Assembly (NCBI GenBank): GCA_964472605.1
Contig: CAYYLG010000001.1
Span: forward strand, 11,119-66,160
From: an uncultured Candidatus Saccharibacteria bacterium
Lineage (GTDB): Bacteria; Patescibacteriota; Minisyncoccia; Phycocordibacterales; CAIZIN01
Direction: 5' to 3'
DNA: 55,042 nt
Each line of letters begins with the position of its first letter. Positions within the stretch are counted from its first letter, which is position 1. Under the pieces are notes generated by a model. That model was not told the DNA's origin, did no database searches, and worked only from the letters and a program-made list of their open reading frames with translations. This document shows positions 53,370 to 55,042 of this stretch, one piece after another. The position numbers were made by a program, and so were the translations under genes.

Positions 53370-53679
53370 ATGGGACTTTCCATCAGAAGAACTCTATAAA
53401 GAACAATTTTTTAGTAAATTCACAAACAATTTAGCAGAATCATTACTAAATAGATTAAATACTTCCTCATTTTATTATGAAAAACTTACTGATTCAGAAC
53501 TGTTAGAATGTTATGAACAAGGATATATAACAACAGTTAACTTACTTAACATAATACCAGCCGAAGCAAGAATTGAGGCTGTAAGATCAAATAGAACACA
53601 TGGAAATTTAACTCAAGATGATAGACAAAATATCGCCAATACAATTCGAAGATCAATGGGAATATCCAGAACCCCATAA
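53347..53679 (+). CDS. WxFP-family member (subfamily B)
   Basis: CEWDFPSEELY and NLLNIIPAE. Confidence 0.55.
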   Translation: MKICKICEWDFPSEELYKEQFFSKFTNNLAESLLNRLNTSSFYYEKLTDSELLECYEQGYITTVNLLNIIPAEARIEAVRSNRTHGNLTQDDRQNIANTIRRSMGISRTP

Positions 53680-53851
53680 CTTCTTTAATCGAATTAAATA
53701 CAAAAAAGAAAATGTCTTGGGAATAGGGGATGGAAAACCTGTCTTCTTCGATCTCACACTTAGATATGATGAAAAAGTAGACGAATTCTATATGCATCAA
53801 ATTAGACACCTGGAAAATCAATTAGCTAAGGAATTTGAATACTATGATTAA
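53618..53851 (+). CDS. WxFP-family member
   Basis: EDQWEYPEPHNF. The only ATG gives a 62-nt overlap with the upstream gene. Confidence 0.5.
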   Translation: MIDKISPIQFEDQWEYPEPHNFFNRIKYKKENVLGIGDGKPVFFDLTLRYDEKVDEFYMHQIRHLENQLAKEFEYYD

Positions 53852-54068
53852 AATCGCAGACGAATGGAGCTTACCTAACTTCAAAAACTTCGCTACACCC
53901 GAAGACTACGAAAGAATAGCAGAACTCTACCACACAAAAGAACTCTCAACATATCAAGTCTTTCAACTACTACCTAAAATGGCTGTACATAAACTTAAAA
54001 AAAGCATCCTGTTTAAAACAACGTATACAGGAGCAAGTTACCTCAGCCTCTTACCACAAGAAAAATGA
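53844..54068 (+). CDS. WxFP-family member (subfamily B)
   Basis: ADEWSLPNFKNF and YQVFQLLPK. Confidence 0.55.
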   Translation: MIKIADEWSLPNFKNFATPEDYERIAELYHTKELSTYQVFQLLPKMAVHKLKKSILFKTTYTGASYLSLLPQEK

Positions 54069-54136
54069 GAACTTCTAAACCAATTATATGAAATTAGAAC
54101 CAATAAAATACCTATAGAATTTTTCGGAGAATAAAA

Positions 54137-54538
54137 ATGGATGATAAATTATTTGAAAAACTAAGTTGGGAATACTCCCCCATCACAATAAAAGAAGTCA
54201 AAGAACATACCAAAACAGAAGATGTCTTTCATTGCCTTAAAGCAACATTAGGACTCTTTACACTCATTGTCTTCTATAGAACCGGATACATACCACCAAA
54301 TCACAATCTTAATAAACCATTCAAACCACTACAACCAACATCCAATGTCTTTAAACTAATGCTCTTTGGAGAATTGCCAATCCTAAACAACTACAAAACA
54401 GGCAAAGACCTACACGAAGATGTCACTCAATGCCAAAGAGAACTAGAAGATCTACTCCTAAAACATATAGAAGAATGCAACTCCTGGCCGCAAGAAATAG
54501 AAGATCAAAGAAAACAAGAATGGCTTAACAAAATATAA
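54137..54538 (+). CDS. hypothetical protein, weak family member (133 aa)
   Basis: GGAGAA lies upstream of the ATG. Contains LSWEYSP. Confidence 0.5.
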   Translation: MDDKLFEKLSWEYSPITIKEVKEHTKTEDVFHCLKATLGLFTLIVFYRTGYIPPNHNLNKPFKPLQPTSNVFKLMLFGELPILNNYKTGKDLHEDVTQCQRELEDLLLKHIEECNSWPQEIEDQRKQEWLNKI

Positions 54539-54595
54539 ATAGAATTTATTTTAAATAATTTCTGATTTTTTGCGCAAAAGTAAAAGGTTACTCAA

Positions 54596-54901
54596 ATGCA
54601 ATGGCACCCACCAGAACCACTTAACCACACACCATTCATCATAGCAGAAATAAATGGTATACCATTCGAGCACCCACAATGGCTCGCAACACTAAAAGCA
54701 TACTACGAAAATGCAATCAAACCTACATTAGATGGATTACCAGAACACTCACATAAATACTACCTGGTATCACAACTCACAAAAGCATACCTTGATACCA
54801 ATAGAAAAGATATCAAAGAATTCCTCACACAAGTACTACAAGAATATGATGAATACTTCGCTAAACACTCACATTACGGTAGAAGAGCTATAATAGAATG
54901 A
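54596..54901 (+). CDS. WxFP-family member (subfamily A)
   Basis: MQWHPPEPLNH and an AYLDTN motif. Confidence 0.6.
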   Translation: MQWHPPEPLNHTPFIIAEINGIPFEHPQWLATLKAYYENAIKPTLDGLPEHSHKYYLVSQLTKAYLDTNRKDIKEFLTQVLQEYDEYFAKHSHYGRRAIIE

Positions 54902-55042
54902 TTAAAATAGATAATTGGACATACCCTAACTTTAATAATTATGACGAATTCTATCCAGAAACACTCCCTCAAGAAAGTATCCTATATATCCCACAAAGAA
55001 TACCGGAATCAGAATTGTCTAATTATATTAGGATTAAACCTA
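54898..55042 (+). CDS. WxFP-family member (5' partial, runs off the window)
   Basis: ATGA overlap with the upstream gene. N-terminus MIKIDNWTYPNFNNY. Confidence 0.55.
   Translation, partial: MIKIDNWTYPNFNNYDEFYPETLPQESILYIPQRIPESELSNYIRIKP

Larger units (their letters stand above)
46997..55042 (+). repeat. tandem array of ~24 small paralogous genes sharing an N-terminal W-[DE]-[FY]-P-x-x-x-N-[FYH] motif (runs off the window)
   Basis: The motif is seen near the N-terminus of 21 clear and 3 weak members. A nucleotide core TGGGA(T/C)TTTCC-like recurs. Three unrelated small ORFs are interspersed. Confidence 0.8.

Noticed and set aside
1-55042. Genome-wide TGA reassignment (code 4 or 25) suggested by the in-frame TGA in the release-factor gene
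   Set aside because: All other genes in this window read through uninterrupted in the standard code. Trp is encoded by TGG throughout, and TGA is used as a normal stop in many ATGA overlaps. Recoding restricted to genes outside this window (for example late genes) cannot be excluded.
47000-55042. GGGACTTTCC / GGGATTTTCC decamers (identical to the eukaryotic NF-kB site consensus) recurring in the array
   Set aside because: They are explained by the codons for W-D-F-P in a prokaryotic virus context. The resemblance is coincidental.
1-55042. CRISPR arrays, retron or DGR elements, transposases
   Set aside because: No regularly spaced direct repeats, reverse transcriptase motifs (YxDD), template/variable repeat pairs or transposase-like ORFs were seen. 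The only mobile elements supported are the intron and the homing endonuclease genes.

Overview
AT-rich, phage-like window, probably from a large phage. All credible genes are on the + strand, tightly packed with frequent ATGA/TAATG start-stop overlaps and Shine-Dalgarno sites. All family calls come from motifs read by eye; no database search was possible.

**Translation and RNA genes**
- tmRNA gene whose T-loop is split by a ~236-nt group I intron, with a free-standing HNH gene next to it.
- Initiator-like tRNA-Met.
- Aberrant 150-nt tRNA-like gene with a G3:U70 acceptor stem.
- ~250-nt structured GC-rich intergenic RNA.
- Truncated class-I release factor gene with a textbook prfB-type +1 frameshift site, an additional in-frame TGA, and an RF1-type PxT motif.

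**Homing endonucleases**
- HNH and LAGLIDADG genes have remodelled host genes: an HNH-GuaC fusion, a Thg1-like gene with a displaced duplicate 3' end, and a split RlaP-like nucleotidyltransferase.

**RNA-repair-like clusters**
- First cluster: Thg1-like protein, nucleotidyltransferase, DEDDh exonuclease and an Rnl5-like RNA ligase.
- Second cluster: a very AT-rich five-gene island at 31.4-37.3 kb with a mini RtcB-like protein, a P-loop kinase, a CCA/polyA-type nucleotidyltransferase and a methyltransferase. Three of its proteins share a LamG-like module.

**Other enzymes**
- SF2 helicase flanked by helicase-associated (HA)-domain proteins.
- Nucleotide-pool enzymes: two Nudix hydrolases, MazG, dCMP deaminase and GuaC.
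- AAA+ ATPase, SPFH lipoprotein and a CPBP protease.

**Recurrent signals**
- TGGCCAA-N5-TTGAC promoter motif, seen at least 12 times.
- D-h-h-E-h C-terminal tail on about 10 unrelated proteins.
- 8-kb tandem array of about 24 small paralogous genes sharing an N-terminal W-D/E-F-P motif.
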